DNA of 64,000 nucleotides from Escherichia coli (GCF_041886205.1 NZ_CP169029.1), one strand, 5' to 3'; positions 10,711 through 21,380 are shown, counted from the stretch's first letter. Numbers and translations are program-made. The notes: generated by a model from the letters alone, not told the origin.

Positions 10711-10763
10711 TATTTTTGTAGAGCCGGAGGAAACAGACCAGACGGTTTAAATGAGCCGGTTAC

Positions 10764-11629
10764 TTAGCTACTAATGCCACCGCTCTTGCACCGTGGATAA
10801 ATAATGTCCTGAGATAAGTGTCACCACGTTTGCTTATCCCCAGCAGACGTACTTTCCCTCCGGAGCCAGTTTGTTTTGGAACCAGACCAACATATGCGGC
10901 GAACTCTCGCCCCGATTTAAACGCTGATGCTTCCCCCATGGTGGCCACCGCTGCCGTCGCAATAAGTGGTCCAACGCCAGGAATATCCAGCAACCGCTTA
11001 CAGGTTTCATTCTGCCTCGCCACGCTGGTAAGCTGTTTTTCAATATCCTCTATCAGTGAGTCCAGCTCATTCAGTCGGTTGTACTGGTTTTCCAGAACCA
11101 TAATGAGATACGGTGGCAGTCTCTCTTTCATCCGTTCCAGTGCTTCGGGGAACTCCCGCTCCATCGCTGCCCGGCCTTTGTGGATGGTTTCACCAAACTC
11201 CAGTAACGTCCCGTGCAGGGCATTAATTTGTGCGGTCCGGAACTTCACCAGTTGCATGCGGGTACGGTGCAGAACCAGTACCGACTGCTGTTCTTCTGTT
11301 TTTACGGCGATTTCTTTACCCGGCTGCTGAACCGCCATCCAGATAGCCCGGGCATCCATCACATCATTCTTATTGCCCATGACGAATGCCTTAACGAAGC
11401 GGGCCTGCAACAACCGGACTTTATGACCAAGTTTTGTCAGTTCCCGTGCCCAGTGCTGAGAACCTCCACAGGCCTCCATACCAATCAGGCATGGCTCACG
11501 GTTGCCGAAGAACATCAGAAAATCCTGTCTACGCAACTGTTTATCAACCACTTCACCTGTGTGCTCATTGATGAAGTGAATCTGAATGACATGTTTTGCG
11601 ATATCAACGCCAACCGGTGTATATTTCAT
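10764..11629 (-). pseudogene. IS110-family transposase, N-terminal 288 codons, truncated by the IS66-family insertion
   Basis: N-terminus MKYTPVGVDIAKHV (DEDD/RuvC-like) and C-terminal Tnp domain (DIPGVGPLIATAAV...YVGLVPKQTGSGGK...ISKRGDTYLR); its stop codon is supplied by the terminal bases of the IS66-family element. Confidence 0.7.
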
Positions 11630-11771
11630 TTGTGGAGTCTCCAGTCTGAGGGAGCTTTATGCATCCCGTATTGGGCACTATGATGCCGGAAATCTGCGAG
11701 GCTCCACACCTGCCAGTTTCACCCTTTTAACCATCATACTGCTCCGTGTTTAATTGTGTGGGATGCGTTCA

Positions 11772-11942
11772 TTACATTTTCACCATTTTGCCACTGCGGC
11801 CCCGGAAGACGAAGATATGCCCGGAGAACGGGTCATCTTTCAGCGTGTTCTGCACCTTCGAAGCCAGGCCGTTGAAGCCACAACGCATATCTGTGATGCC
11901 AGCGATGATCCAGATTCTGGTACCGGTCGGCAGCGTTATCAT
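11772..11942 (-). pseudogene. IS66-family orfB fragment (first ~50 codons) of a second, truncated IS66-family copy
   Basis: Translation MITLPTGTRIWIIAGITDMRCGFNGLASKVQNTLKDDPFSGHIFVFRGRSG then diverges; homologous to the intact orfB at 17905..18252. Confidence 0.6.
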
Positions 11943-12613
11943 CGGATACCCCCTTTCATTTCGCGAATGAGCACCCTAAGAAGCTCCGGAGTAAGGGGGG
12001 CAAACAGTTTTACCACACCTGATTTAAGATGCAGCTCACACTGTGGTGAGTCTACGGTAGTGTCATTCTGGCTTTCATCAGACTTGTTTCGCCAGAAAGG
12101 ATTTGTCACCGGTTTGACAGGGTCAGGAGTCTCAGTGATTGCTACCGGAACGGCCTGACATTCTTGGAGATCCTCATCATACAGTAAGCCCTCTTCATAC
12201 AGTCTTTTCCAGTTAAACAACAGATTGTCATTAATATTGTGCTCTCTGGCGATCCGTGCAACGACTGTACCAGGCTGTAATGCCTGTTTTACCAGCCTGA
12301 TTTTAAATTCACGACTGTAGGAGGTTCGTCGTTCTTTTCGCCATGTGCTTTCGCTGATTTGAGGCTCGGTTAATACCTTCTTTCTGTTGGCATAAAGTAT
12401 GGCATCAAGTTGGGCGACTGAAAGTGATTCAGGTAATGGCCAGGTAATACCGGAGGCATTAAATCGTTGAAAGAGATTATGAATAGTGGAATGACTGAGA
12501 CCTAACTGCAGGGCGATAGCCCGGACAGATAATTGCTCGTCGAATCTTAGACGTAATGCGTCTGGCAAATAAGAGCGAAAGCCGGTGATATCTTTTGTTG
12601 TCTGAGAATTCAT
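11939..12613 (-). CDS. IS66-family orfA (copy 2, extended form)
   Basis: Homologous to the orfA at 10033..10710 (IRLVKQALQPGTVVARIAREHNINDNLLFNWKRLY); probable start MNSQTT at 12613. Confidence 0.6.
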   Translation of the reverse strand: MNSQTTKDITGFRSYLPDALRLRFDEQLSVRAIALQLGLSHSTIHNLFQRFNASGITWPLPESLSVAQLDAILYANRKKVLTEPQISESTWRKERRTSYSREFKIRLVKQALQPGTVVARIAREHNINDNLLFNWKRLYEEGLLYDEDLQECQAVPVAITETPDPVKPVTNPFWRNKSDESQNDTTVDSPQCELHLKSGVVKLFAPLTPELLRVLIREMKGGIR

Positions 12614-12945
12614 CGTTCGTGTCCATCTATATAGATGGACGCGATTGTTGCCAGACAGGACAACCATCACAAAACGTCACAGACGGAGCCTTACATCTCA
12701 GCTGTAGCACACGCAGGATCAATTCCGGATTATCTGCCAGTACCGCCTTTCGTGCATTCATCTTAAATGTCCTTTTACTGCGAAAATGGACATTAGTATC
12801 GGAAACAGGAAAGGGAGGCGAAAGACGGTTTAAATGATGCGCTTACTGTTGTCTGGGAATTCATCGTTTGTGTCCATCAATATAGTTGGGCACGATTGTT
12901 GCCAGACAGGACAATTTTCACAAGACGTCGCAGATGGGGCGCTTA
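12596..12945. repeat. Imperfect ~90-bp direct repeat of an IS66-family terminus / orfA 5' region (12596-12700 and 12853-12945) containing the 20-bp perfect palindrome GTCCATCTATATAGATGGAC
   Basis: Aligned by eye; both copies carry GAATTCATCG...GTCCAT...GATTGTTGCCAGACAGGACAA; a CGCTTAC-type terminus follows at 12843-12850 and 12937-12943. Confidence 0.6.
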
Positions 12946-13267
12946 CCAATAACTCGGCAGGGAGTTATCTGTGCGAGGATATTTGTGTTATGCTGTAATA
13001 TAATAATTCAATGTGTTCAGGAACAGTAATATGCTACAGTTTCTACTTTCTTGTATTTAATAAATTGTTCCGTATCGCTAAAAGCAGGTCTTTCAGAAGT
13101 CAAAAGGATTCTGTGGTCCCAGTATTTTTAGTTATCTTATTTTTATATCTAATTTGTAATACTTATAGCATTTTCATTCTTCCTAATGGAAGGCTGTAAT
13201 AATCTTTGAGCTTAGGAACATCAAAATTATGCATCTCATTAATTTTGTCAGTCACACGACCTCTGGT

Positions 13268-13304
13268 AAAAATAAAACCCACAGAAATATGCCATTTCTA
13301 TGGG
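13268..13304 (-). terminator. Rho-independent terminator downstream of the MFS transporter gene
   Basis: Minus-strand hairpin CCCATAGAAATGGCATATTTCTGTGGG followed by TTTTATTTTT. Confidence 0.55.
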
Positions 13305-13325
13305 CTTCGTAAGAATCAATATATT

Positions 13326-14609
13326 TTAGTTACATTTAGCTCTAAGTGTTTGTAGTTTCATCGCAATGAGTAAAAGGACAACAAGAATAAGTGATAACGT
13401 TAAGAGAAGAGCATAGAAACCATTCCAGTGGTATATTTCTATTATTTTAGACAATGGATAGCCAGCCGCGGATGCACCAAGATATGCGAATAAACTAACA
13501 AAACCAGTAGAAGCACCAGATGCATATTTATGTGAGTTTTCAGCAGCTGCCATTGCGATCAGAAATTGTGGACCAAAGATAAAGAAGCCAGTGATGAAAA
13601 ATAACAACGAAAAAACATATTTACTATCGATAGAAACCAACCATAGACATGCAGAAGCAATGATTATACCAATTGTATAAATAACATTCATTTGAGAGCG
13701 ATTGCCCTTAAACAGAATATCTGATCCCCATCCAGCTACGATAGCACCAAAAAAGCCTCCAACCTCAAACATCATTACTGTTGCATTTGCTGTTAGCAAG
13801 TCATATTTATGAGTCTCAATCAAATACAAATTTCCCCAGTCATTGATTCCTGTACGAATAACATAAATAACTGCATATGATATTGCCAATACCCAAATTA
13901 TATTATTTTTAAATATATAATCTTTTAAGATATTCCATTGTGACAACCCTATACCTTGTTCTTCATGATTAATCTCAGCTATATCATTACGCCACTCTCC
14001 AACTGTTGGTAATCCCATCGATCTTGGTCGATCACGCAATAAGAAACATAATAAAATGCCAATAATAACAGCAATGGCCCCCGGAATAATCATGCCATAA
14101 CGCCAACCTAGCCATAAGGCAACACTACCTGATAAAATAGGGATAATTGCTCCACCGATATTATGAGATGTATTCCATATGGACCACCAGAATCCACGTT
14201 CATTTCGGGAATACCAAGTATTTAAAATTTTTGAACACGGAGGCCATCCCCATCCCTGAAAAAAAGCATTAACCATCCATAAAAATATAAACAAAGGTAT
14301 AGATGATGTTAAACCAAACAATATATTGACACATCCAGTCATTATCAATCCAATCCCCATAAACCATCTTGGATTAGAACGATCACCTATAACTCCAGAA
14401 ATAAATTTTGATGCCCCATAAGTTAGATAAAATGCCGTTCCGACCATACCAATATCTGATTTTGTAATACCTAAATCAGATAGCATCTCAGGCATTACGA
14501 AGTTAAAGCTCTTTCGTGTGAAATAAAATACAGCATATCCTATATAGCTCACAATCATTAAATGAAGTCGCCAATATCTATATGTTTTATCAATATCAGT
14601 TTTACTCAT
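13326..14609 (-). CDS. MFS transporter, organophosphate:phosphate antiporter family (UhpC/UhpT/GlpT/PgtP-like)
   Basis: About 427 aa, 12 predicted hydrophobic segments, family-typical motifs (DRSNPRWF, FFQGWGWPP); AT-rich; likely start MSKTDIDK at 14609. Confidence 0.7.
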   Translation of the reverse strand: MSKTDIDKTYRYWRLHLMIVSYIGYAVFYFTRKSFNFVMPEMLSDLGITKSDIGMVGTAFYLTYGASKFISGVIGDRSNPRWFMGIGLIMTGCVNILFGLTSSIPLFIFLWMVNAFFQGWGWPPCSKILNTWYSRNERGFWWSIWNTSHNIGGAIIPILSGSVALWLGWRYGMIIPGAIAVIIGILLCFLLRDRPRSMGLPTVGEWRNDIAEINHEEQGIGLSQWNILKDYIFKNNIIWVLAISYAVIYVIRTGINDWGNLYLIETHKYDLLTANATVMMFEVGGFFGAIVAGWGSDILFKGNRSQMNVIYTIGIIIASACLWLVSIDSKYVFSLLFFITGFFIFGPQFLIAMAAAENSHKYASGASTGFVSLFAYLGASAAGYPLSKIIEIYHWNGFYALLLTLSLILVVLLLIAMKLQTLRAKCN

Positions 14610-14956
14610 TGTTATTTCTTTGTCAGGAGACTCTGAAAATATGGACATATATAACCTCTTTTATTATGAAATATTTTCAATAATAATCCGTTAGTAATCC
14701 TATCATAGGGTAATGCCTCATCATGTTAAAATGATCACATTTATAATCATGTCAAAAAGAACAACAGAAAAAATGATTTAAAATCAATTAAATATAATTT
14801 CAACATATTGTTGTTATTAAAACATTGGTGGTAAATGTAAAGCGAGAACAGTTTGTAACAGTGACTCCTTGCAGACTAAGTTAGAGTCTCCTGATCTTAC
14901 CCAGCAATAGTGGACACGCGGCTAAGTGAGTAAACTCTCAGTCAGAGGTGACTCAC

Positions 14957-15256
14957 ATGACAAAAACAGTATCAACCAGTAAAAAACCCCGTAAACAGCA
15001 TTCGCCTGAATTTCGCAGTGAAGCCCTGAAGCTTGCTGAACGCATCGGTGTTACTGCCGCAGCCCGTGAACTCAGCCTGTATGAATCACAGCTCTACAAC
15101 TGGCGCAGTAAACAGCAAAATCAGCAGACGTCTTCTGAACGTGAACTGGAGATGTCTACCGAGATTGCACGTCTCAAACGCCAGCTGGCAGAACGGGATG
15201 AAGAGCTGGCTATCCTCCAAAAGGCCGCGACATACTTCGCGAAGCGCCTGAAATGA
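14957..15256 (+). CDS. insE: IS3 OrfA (InsE)
   Basis: Translation [32 protein letters not shown]... matches my recollection of IS3 InsE. Confidence 0.85.
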   Translation: MTKTVSTSKKPRKQHSPEFRSEALKLAERIGVTAAARELSLYESQLYNWRSKQQNQQTSSERELEMSTEIARLKRQLAERDEELAILQKAATYFAKRLK

Positions 15257-16119
15257 AGTATGTCTTTATTGAAAAACATCAGGCTGAGTTCAGCATCAAA
15301 GCAATGTGCCGCGTGCTCCGGGTGGCCCGCAGCGGCTGGTATACGTGGTGTCAGCGGCGGACAAGGATAAGCACGCGTCAGCAGTTCCGCCAACACTGCG
15401 ACAGCGTTGTCCTCGCGGCTTTTACCCGGTCAAAACAGCGTTACGGTGCCCCACGCCTGACGGATGAACTGCGTGCTCAGGGTTACCCCTTTAACGTAAA
15501 AACCGTGGCGGCAAGCCTGCGCCGTCAGGGACTGAGGGCAAAGGCCTCCCGGAAGTTCAGCCCGGTCAGCTACCGCGCACACGGCCTGCCTGTGTCAGAA
15601 AATCTGTTGGAGCAGGATTTTTACGCCAGTGGCCCGAACCAGAAGTGGGCAGGAGACATCACGTACTCACGTACAGATGAAGGCTGGCTGTATCTGGCAG
15701 TGGTCATTGACCTGTGGTCACGTGCCGTTATTGGCTGGTCAATGTCGCCACGCATGACGGCGCAACTGGCCTGCGATGCCCTGCAGATGGCGCTGTGGCG
15801 GCGTAAGAGGCCCCGGAACGTTATCGTTCACACGGACCGTGGAGGCCAGTACTGTTCAGCAGATTATCAGGCGCAACTGAAGCGGCATAATCTACGTGGA
15901 AGTATGAGCGCAAAAGGTTGCTGCTACGATAATGCCTGCGTGGAAAGCTTCTTTCATTCGCTGAAAGTGGAATGTATCCATGGAGAACACTTTATCAGCC
16001 GGGAAATAATGCGGGCAACGGTGTTTAATTATATCGAATGTGATTACAATCGGTGGCGGCGGCACAGTTGGTGTGGCGGCCTCAGTCCGGAACAATTTGA
16101 AAACAAGAACCTCGCTTAG
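15253..16119 (+). CDS. insF: IS3 OrfB (InsF, DDE transposase/integrase core)
   Basis: 288 aa; rve-type catalytic core; overlaps orfA as expected for -1 frameshift expression. Confidence 0.9.
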   Translation: MKYVFIEKHQAEFSIKAMCRVLRVARSGWYTWCQRRTRISTRQQFRQHCDSVVLAAFTRSKQRYGAPRLTDELRAQGYPFNVKTVAASLRRQGLRAKASRKFSPVSYRAHGLPVSENLLEQDFYASGPNQKWAGDITYSRTDEGWLYLAVVIDLWSRAVIGWSMSPRMTAQLACDALQMALWRRKRPRNVIVHTDRGGQYCSADYQAQLKRHNLRGSMSAKGCCYDNACVESFFHSLKVECIHGEHFISREIMRATVFNYIECDYNRWRRHSWCGGLSPEQFENKNLA

Positions 16120-16248
16120 GCCTGTGTCCATATTACGTGGGTAGGATCAATAAGCATATCCAGAGGTGGTGTACAAGCCAGAGTAAAACGTGAGTTTTAT
16201 TTGGTAAAATCGTAAGCGCCCTTTGTAGAGCGTAGTGTAAGCAGGGGT

Positions 16249-17885
16249 TTACAGAACGAGGTTCCAGTGCAACAACTCTTCCACCCGGTTTGACGGCCAT
16301 TCACTGATACAGCTGATGACCTCACGCAACCAGCTTTCCGGATCCACTCCTTTCAGCCAGCATGTCGCCAGCAGGCTGTACAGGATCGCTGCGCTCTGAC
16401 CTCCCGTGTCTGAGCCGAAGAATAGCCAGTTGCGTCGCCCTAGGGCGACACAACGCAGTGTGTTTTCTGCGATATTATTGTCCAGCTCCACACGCCCGTC
16501 CTCACAACAGAGCGACAGCGATTCACGGTGGTTCAGCATATAGCTGAACGCTTTCCCCAGCTCTGCATGCACCGACAACGTCTCCATCTGTTCTGTCAGC
16601 CACGCGAACAACGCCTTCATCTGCGGGACGCTTTTCTCCTGCCGTTCTGCCAGCCGTTTCTCTGCCGGTGACCCCGGATTGTCGCTTCCACCACATACAG
16701 CCCGGCTATATGCTTCAGCGCCTCCGTTGTCATCGCTGCCGGCCGGCGAACATGCTCATCATGGATCTTTCTCCTTGCATGCGCCATGCAGGCGGCTTCC
16801 CTGATCCGCCCTGACTCATAAAGCGCATCGTAACCGGCAAACGCATCTGCCTGCAGGATACCTTTCCACTCCGCCAGATGCCCCTGCGGGTGACAGCCCC
16901 GACGATCTGCACTGTAAGCGAACCACGCCGCTGGCGGAGCCGCTGAACCGCGGTTCCGGTCATCGAGCACATACACCCACAGCCGGCCCGTCCGGGTTTT
17001 ACCGCTCCCCGGCTCCAGCACTTTCACCGGGGTGTCGTCCGTGTGCTATTTGCTGCTCTCTCTCCATCACGTAGCGGTTCAGCGCATCGTGCAGGGGACT
17101 GAGTCGTTCTGCGGTCATCGCCACCCACCGGACCAGCGTGTTTCGGCTCAGTTCCACACCCTGGTGGCTGAAGATGACGGACTGACGATGCAGCGGGGTA
17201 TGGTCACAGTATTTACTCACCAGGATGCGGGCCAGCAGGTCCGCACCGGCCACACTGCGGGTCAGCGGTTTCGGGGGAGTGGTGCCTGGACTATCACATC
17301 GCAGCGGCTGCAGGCCAGCTTCGGGCGCACCGTTTCGATGACCTTAAAGGAGCTGCGGATTATCTCCAGTTGCTCTGAGACGGTTTCACTCATAACCTTC
17401 AGGTCGCCGCCGCATTTCGGGCAGACAGTCTCTGTCGGGGGGATGCGCCGGGTTTCACGTGACAGGTCTGCCGGCAGTTTCTGACGACGGGAGCGGCGTG
17501 CAGGCCGGTCCTGTGGGGCGACCGCCACCGGGGGCTCTGCCTGCTCAACCGTACCGACAGCGGGCTCATCGTCCTGCAGACAGCGTTTTGCCGCTGCAAG
17601 ACGGTTTTCCAGCTCAGCCAGCCGCTTCTCTGCCTGGCGGATTTTATTTTCCAGTTTATTGCGGCTTTTCTCCGAACTCTGCCCGAACAGCATCCGCCGC
17701 AGCTTATCAAGCTGTGCCTTCAGCCGTTCGATTTCCTGTTCGTAGTCGGCAACCTGTCCGGCGTACTGGCGCAGCCGGGCCTGCTGCTTTTTCATGGTAA
17801 CATTTAGCTGTTCCACAGCAACCTGCTGCTGACGCAACAGGGCTTTCAGCTGGTCGATATTATCAGGAAGCGGGATATTTTTCAT
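16249..17885 (-). pseudogene. IS66-family tnpC pseudogene (multiple frameshifts)
   Basis: Four consecutive minus-strand ORF pieces (17262..17885, 16999..17253, 16617..17027, 16249..16620) together resemble one TnpC. Confidence 0.7.
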
Positions 17886-17904
17886 CCTGCCCAGGTAAAG
17901 GGAT

Positions 17905-18252
17905 TCAGATCCGCAGACTATTACTTTTCGACCTTCCCGGTTGCATCCAGACTATACCCTCCAGCAGCATGGCAAGCTGTGCCGGGGTCAGATACACCTT
18001 TCCCTCCCGGGCGACCGGCCAGATGAACGTTCCCCGTTCAAGTCTTTTCATATAGATGCAGAGCCCTCCGCTGTCTGCCCACAGGAGTTTTACCAGCCTG
18101 CCCCTGCGTCCCCGGAAGATGAAGAGATGGCCGGAGATCGGGTCATCCTTCAGGGTGTTCTGGACCTTTGCGGCCAGACCGTTGAAGCCGTTTCTCATGT
18201 CGGTGATGCCGGCCACGAGCCAGATAAGGCAGCCAGCCGGAAGCGTAATCAT
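17905..18252 (-). CDS. IS66-family TnpB (orfB)
   Basis: 115 aa, close homologue of the orfB at 9686..10033. Confidence 0.8.
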   Translation of the reverse strand: MITLPAGCLIWLVAGITDMRNGFNGLAAKVQNTLKDDPISGHLFIFRGRRGRLVKLLWADSGGLCIYMKRLERGTFIWPVAREGKVYLTPAQLAMLLEGIVWMQPGRSKSNSLRI

Positions 18253-18659
18253 ACTGTGCTCCTGCCGGCGAGTTCGCGGACGATCCGGAGCTGTTTCTCC
18301 GGGTCAGGATTGTCGAGTGTGAGGGTGCCGTGGCGAAGCGTCAGCGAGCAGGTTGACCCCGTTCCCTGACCAGACAGAGCCGGAGACTGCCGGGTGGTGG
18401 AGTCAGGTACAATTTCGACCGGAAGTGCCGCAGGAGGGGATACAGATGGAACGGGAGCTGGCAGCCGGCGGAATACCCGGCCTTCTTTACGCCACAGACG
18501 GATCCATTTAAAAAGGACGTTATCGTTGACCCCGTGCGTACGGGCAATATCCGCAACATTGGCGTCCGGTCGGGTAGCCAGTTCGACCAGCCTGAGTTTG
18601 AATTCGCTGGAATAAACGCGGCGGGGTTCGGTCCGCCAGGCCCGGGTTTCAGATTCCAT
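18249..18659 (-). CDS. IS66-family orfA
   Basis: 136 aa; FKLRLVELATRPDANVADIARTHGVNDNVLFKWIR motif. Confidence 0.75.
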   Translation of the reverse strand: MESETRAWRTEPRRVYSSEFKLRLVELATRPDANVADIARTHGVNDNVLFKWIRLWRKEGRVFRRLPAPVPSVSPPAALPVEIVPDSTTRQSPALSGQGTGSTCSLTLRHGTLTLDNPDPEKQLRIVRELAGRSTV

Positions 18660-18796
18660 AACTTAGATGTCCGTCTGTTTCAGATGGGCGTCTAAGTTAG
18701 CGTTTTCACTCGACTGCCTGAAGACGTCTCTGACGGGTCGCTTACGTAAAATCAACCACGGGAAGCTCAACGGTGAAGTACTTTACCAGTTGATCA

Positions 18797-19090
<294 letters not shown>

Positions 19091-19288
19091 AATCGTGATC
19101 ATTTTTTGTTGACCACTACAAACATTTATGTTTTTTTATGCGAATGAAGTTATCCTTCCTTTCTGCCTGGTTGTCTCATTCATACAGATATCTGGCAGAC
19201 ATAACTTGTTGTGAAAAGTAGATGCTTACCGCATGTCTGATGCACTTTTGTATAAAGGCAAAGTATTTCAGCAAATGGAAATGATTAT

Positions 19289-19789
19289 ATGAACAACACA
19301 GACTCATTAGAAAAAATAATCAAACATCAACAAAACAACGATCCAAAATACCCCTGCCAGGAGCATCTGTTGATACAACTCTGTATCCGCGTAAACAAAA
19401 AAATACAGGATAATATATCGAGTTTACTCAGTGGATATGGAATAAATTATTAAACATATATGGTTCTTACCATATTATCCACAGCAGATAATCATTGTCT
19501 TTCGCCCTCAAAGATAAGCAGAGAACTCCAGTTTACCAGAACAAACATTACCCGCATTACAGATTTTTTAGAAAAAGCAGGGTATATAGAAAGAACTGAT
19601 AGCAGAGAGGATCGCCGTGCTAAAAAAATCAGTCTGACATCAGATGGTCTGTCCTTTATTCAGAACGTCAATATTGCACAAAGTCTGCACCTGAAAGAAA
19701 TCTGGAGCCCGCTGACCCATGCAGAGTGTGAACTGTTTGAAGACATTAATAAAAAATTACTGACGCATATTGCTGATGTGTGTCCCTAA
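19289..19789 (+). pseudogene. MarR-family regulator (PapX/SfaX-like) with in-frame TAA at 19451-19453
   Basis: Single frame reads MNNTDSLEKIIKHQQNNDPKYPCQEHLLIQLCIRVNKKIQDNISSLLSGYGINY*TYMVLTILSTADNHCLSPSKISRELQFTRTNITRITDFLEKAGYIERTDSREDRRAKKISLTSDG...; winged-helix MarR signature with DRR motif. Confidence 0.5.
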
Positions 19790-20460
19790 AGCATGAAGAG
19801 TTTGAGGAAACTGAAGAGCTTCAAGCAATGAATCATATAATAAGCAGGCATAAGAGCGACATAACTACAGGCGGAAACAGCGATACAAGAAAACTACTGG
19901 TTTAGGTCACAATGCAGCAAAATGACAAACTCATACGACGGTTCTTGTGAATGATGCGGTGCCTAACCCGCAAATATCAGCATGATTCACCGTAGAACTT
20001 ACTGATACAAGATAACGTAATGATTGAGCTTATCTCATATGGGGTAACGCGCAATAAAAATAGTTGCAACATTGTTTATAATTGTTCAATCTATCTTATT
20101 TTTATTAATATAGTTGAGCTTCTCAACACATTACTTTAAAGTTCTACACTAAAGAGAACAAAATTATCACAACGGATATGGAGATACTTTCAGGCCAGTC
20201 AAACCGGTTTAACTGATATGGTTGAATACACGCTTGACTATGAATGGTTTATGGTATTCAGTCCCGATAACTATGGGGCCAGTTTTGTGTAGCTTTCAAC
20301 TTTAGTTGTTTTCACTCATCATAGATGATGCAATAAAAACATCATTTTCTCACGCATTGCATATTGCTGGTATATCCATATCGCATGTAGCACAGAGTGT
20401 TGACTAAATTATAGAAATATGATTTTTTATCTCATTGACAAAGAAGTTAAGGACCGAGAG

Positions 20461-20886
20461 ATGAGTTTTAATACCACACACGAGAAATCTGAAATCTATC
20501 GTCTGATCCTTAGAGAAAGTGAACTCATTACAGCATGGGTAAAATCTGGAGACACGCCGTCAGCAGTTTACGGAAAACTACGTGATAAAAACCCGGATAT
20601 AATCTTTTCGATAAATGGCTTTTTATATAACCTACGTAACTTTAACTATGCACTATATGAAACAGCCACAAAGAACAAAAGCAAAACAAGGTTAATAATA
20701 CTCAACCATTATGATGATATTGCATCAGCTATCCGTGCTGGTCATACGCTTAAAGGTGTTTACAAACTCGTATGCCCACATATAACATATAACTGTTTTA
20801 TTACACAACTCAGGAAAACCTATCCTGACCTGCATTCTCAGGGTAAAGCGAATCGCAGCAACAAAAACAGAATAATAGCTAACTGA
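20461..20886 (+). CDS. Hypothetical protein (141 aa), AT-rich orphan
   Basis: ORF with AAGGA Shine-Dalgarno 9 nt upstream of ATG at 20461; no recognisable motif. Confidence 0.4.
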   Translation: MSFNTTHEKSEIYRLILRESELITAWVKSGDTPSAVYGKLRDKNPDIIFSINGFLYNLRNFNYALYETATKNKSKTRLIILNHYDDIASAIRAGHTLKGVYKLVCPHITYNCFITQLRKTYPDLHSQGKANRSNKNRIIAN

Positions 20887-21194
20887 TGATATATAAAATG
20901 TTTTACACTATATCTTTTATTGTAACTAAAATTACTTTGATCCTACAAAAAGAAAGGTAAGAAGGGGTTTAAAAGATCATCACGAGACAACTGTTCTAGT
21001 TTTTTAAGCCCCCCATTAATTTAAAAAGCAGATACCAAGCATGAATAAGATTATATAAATTTCATTACATACAATTCATTACTGTCCGGACAAATATTGT
21101 TGTTTATAAAATATAACACACCAATTGTAAAGCTGTGAGCTCATGCTACTTTTAACAGAATTTTTAAACAAGAGGGAATGGGAGACCATTAATA

Positions 21195-21380
21195 ATGCAA
21201 GAAACAAAAACCAACCGCAAATCTAACTGTACAAACTGCAATATTCCTGGATGTAAGCAAACCCCATTTTGCAAGTACTGTCGTAGTGTCAAAGACATAT
21301 CCGGAGCTAGACGCTCTTTATATCTCCATGTAGCAATATTCATCATTATTATTGTACTTACTATTATTTCAGTACTTTGA
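21195..21380 (+). CDS. Hypothetical small Cys-rich protein with hydrophobic C-terminal segment
   Basis: 61 aa; CTNCNIPGCKQTPFCKYC cysteine cluster followed by a hydrophobic stretch (VAIFIIIIVLTIISVL); Shine-Dalgarno-like GGGAG upstream. Confidence 0.25.
   Translation: MQETKTNRKSNCTNCNIPGCKQTPFCKYCRSVKDISGARRSLYLHVAIFIIIIVLTIISVL

Larger units (their letters stand above)
8065..10763 (-). mobile_element. IS66-family insertion sequence (copy 1), flanked by 8-bp target duplication TTAGCTAC
   Basis: Termini GTAAGCG...CCGGTTAC; identical 8-bp direct repeats at 8057-8064 and 10764-10771; three-gene orfA-orfB-tnpC organisation. Confidence 0.75.
14892..16149 (+). mobile_element. IS3
   Basis: 1258 bp; termini TGATCTTACCCAGC...CGTGGGTAGGATCA; encodes InsE/InsF. 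Confidence 0.9.
16212..18745 (-). mobile_element. IS66-family insertion sequence (copy 3), flanked by 8-bp target duplication GTAAAATC, transposase decayed
   Basis: Termini GTAAGCG...CGCTTAC; identical 8-bp direct repeats at 16204-16211 and 18746-18753. Confidence 0.75.
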
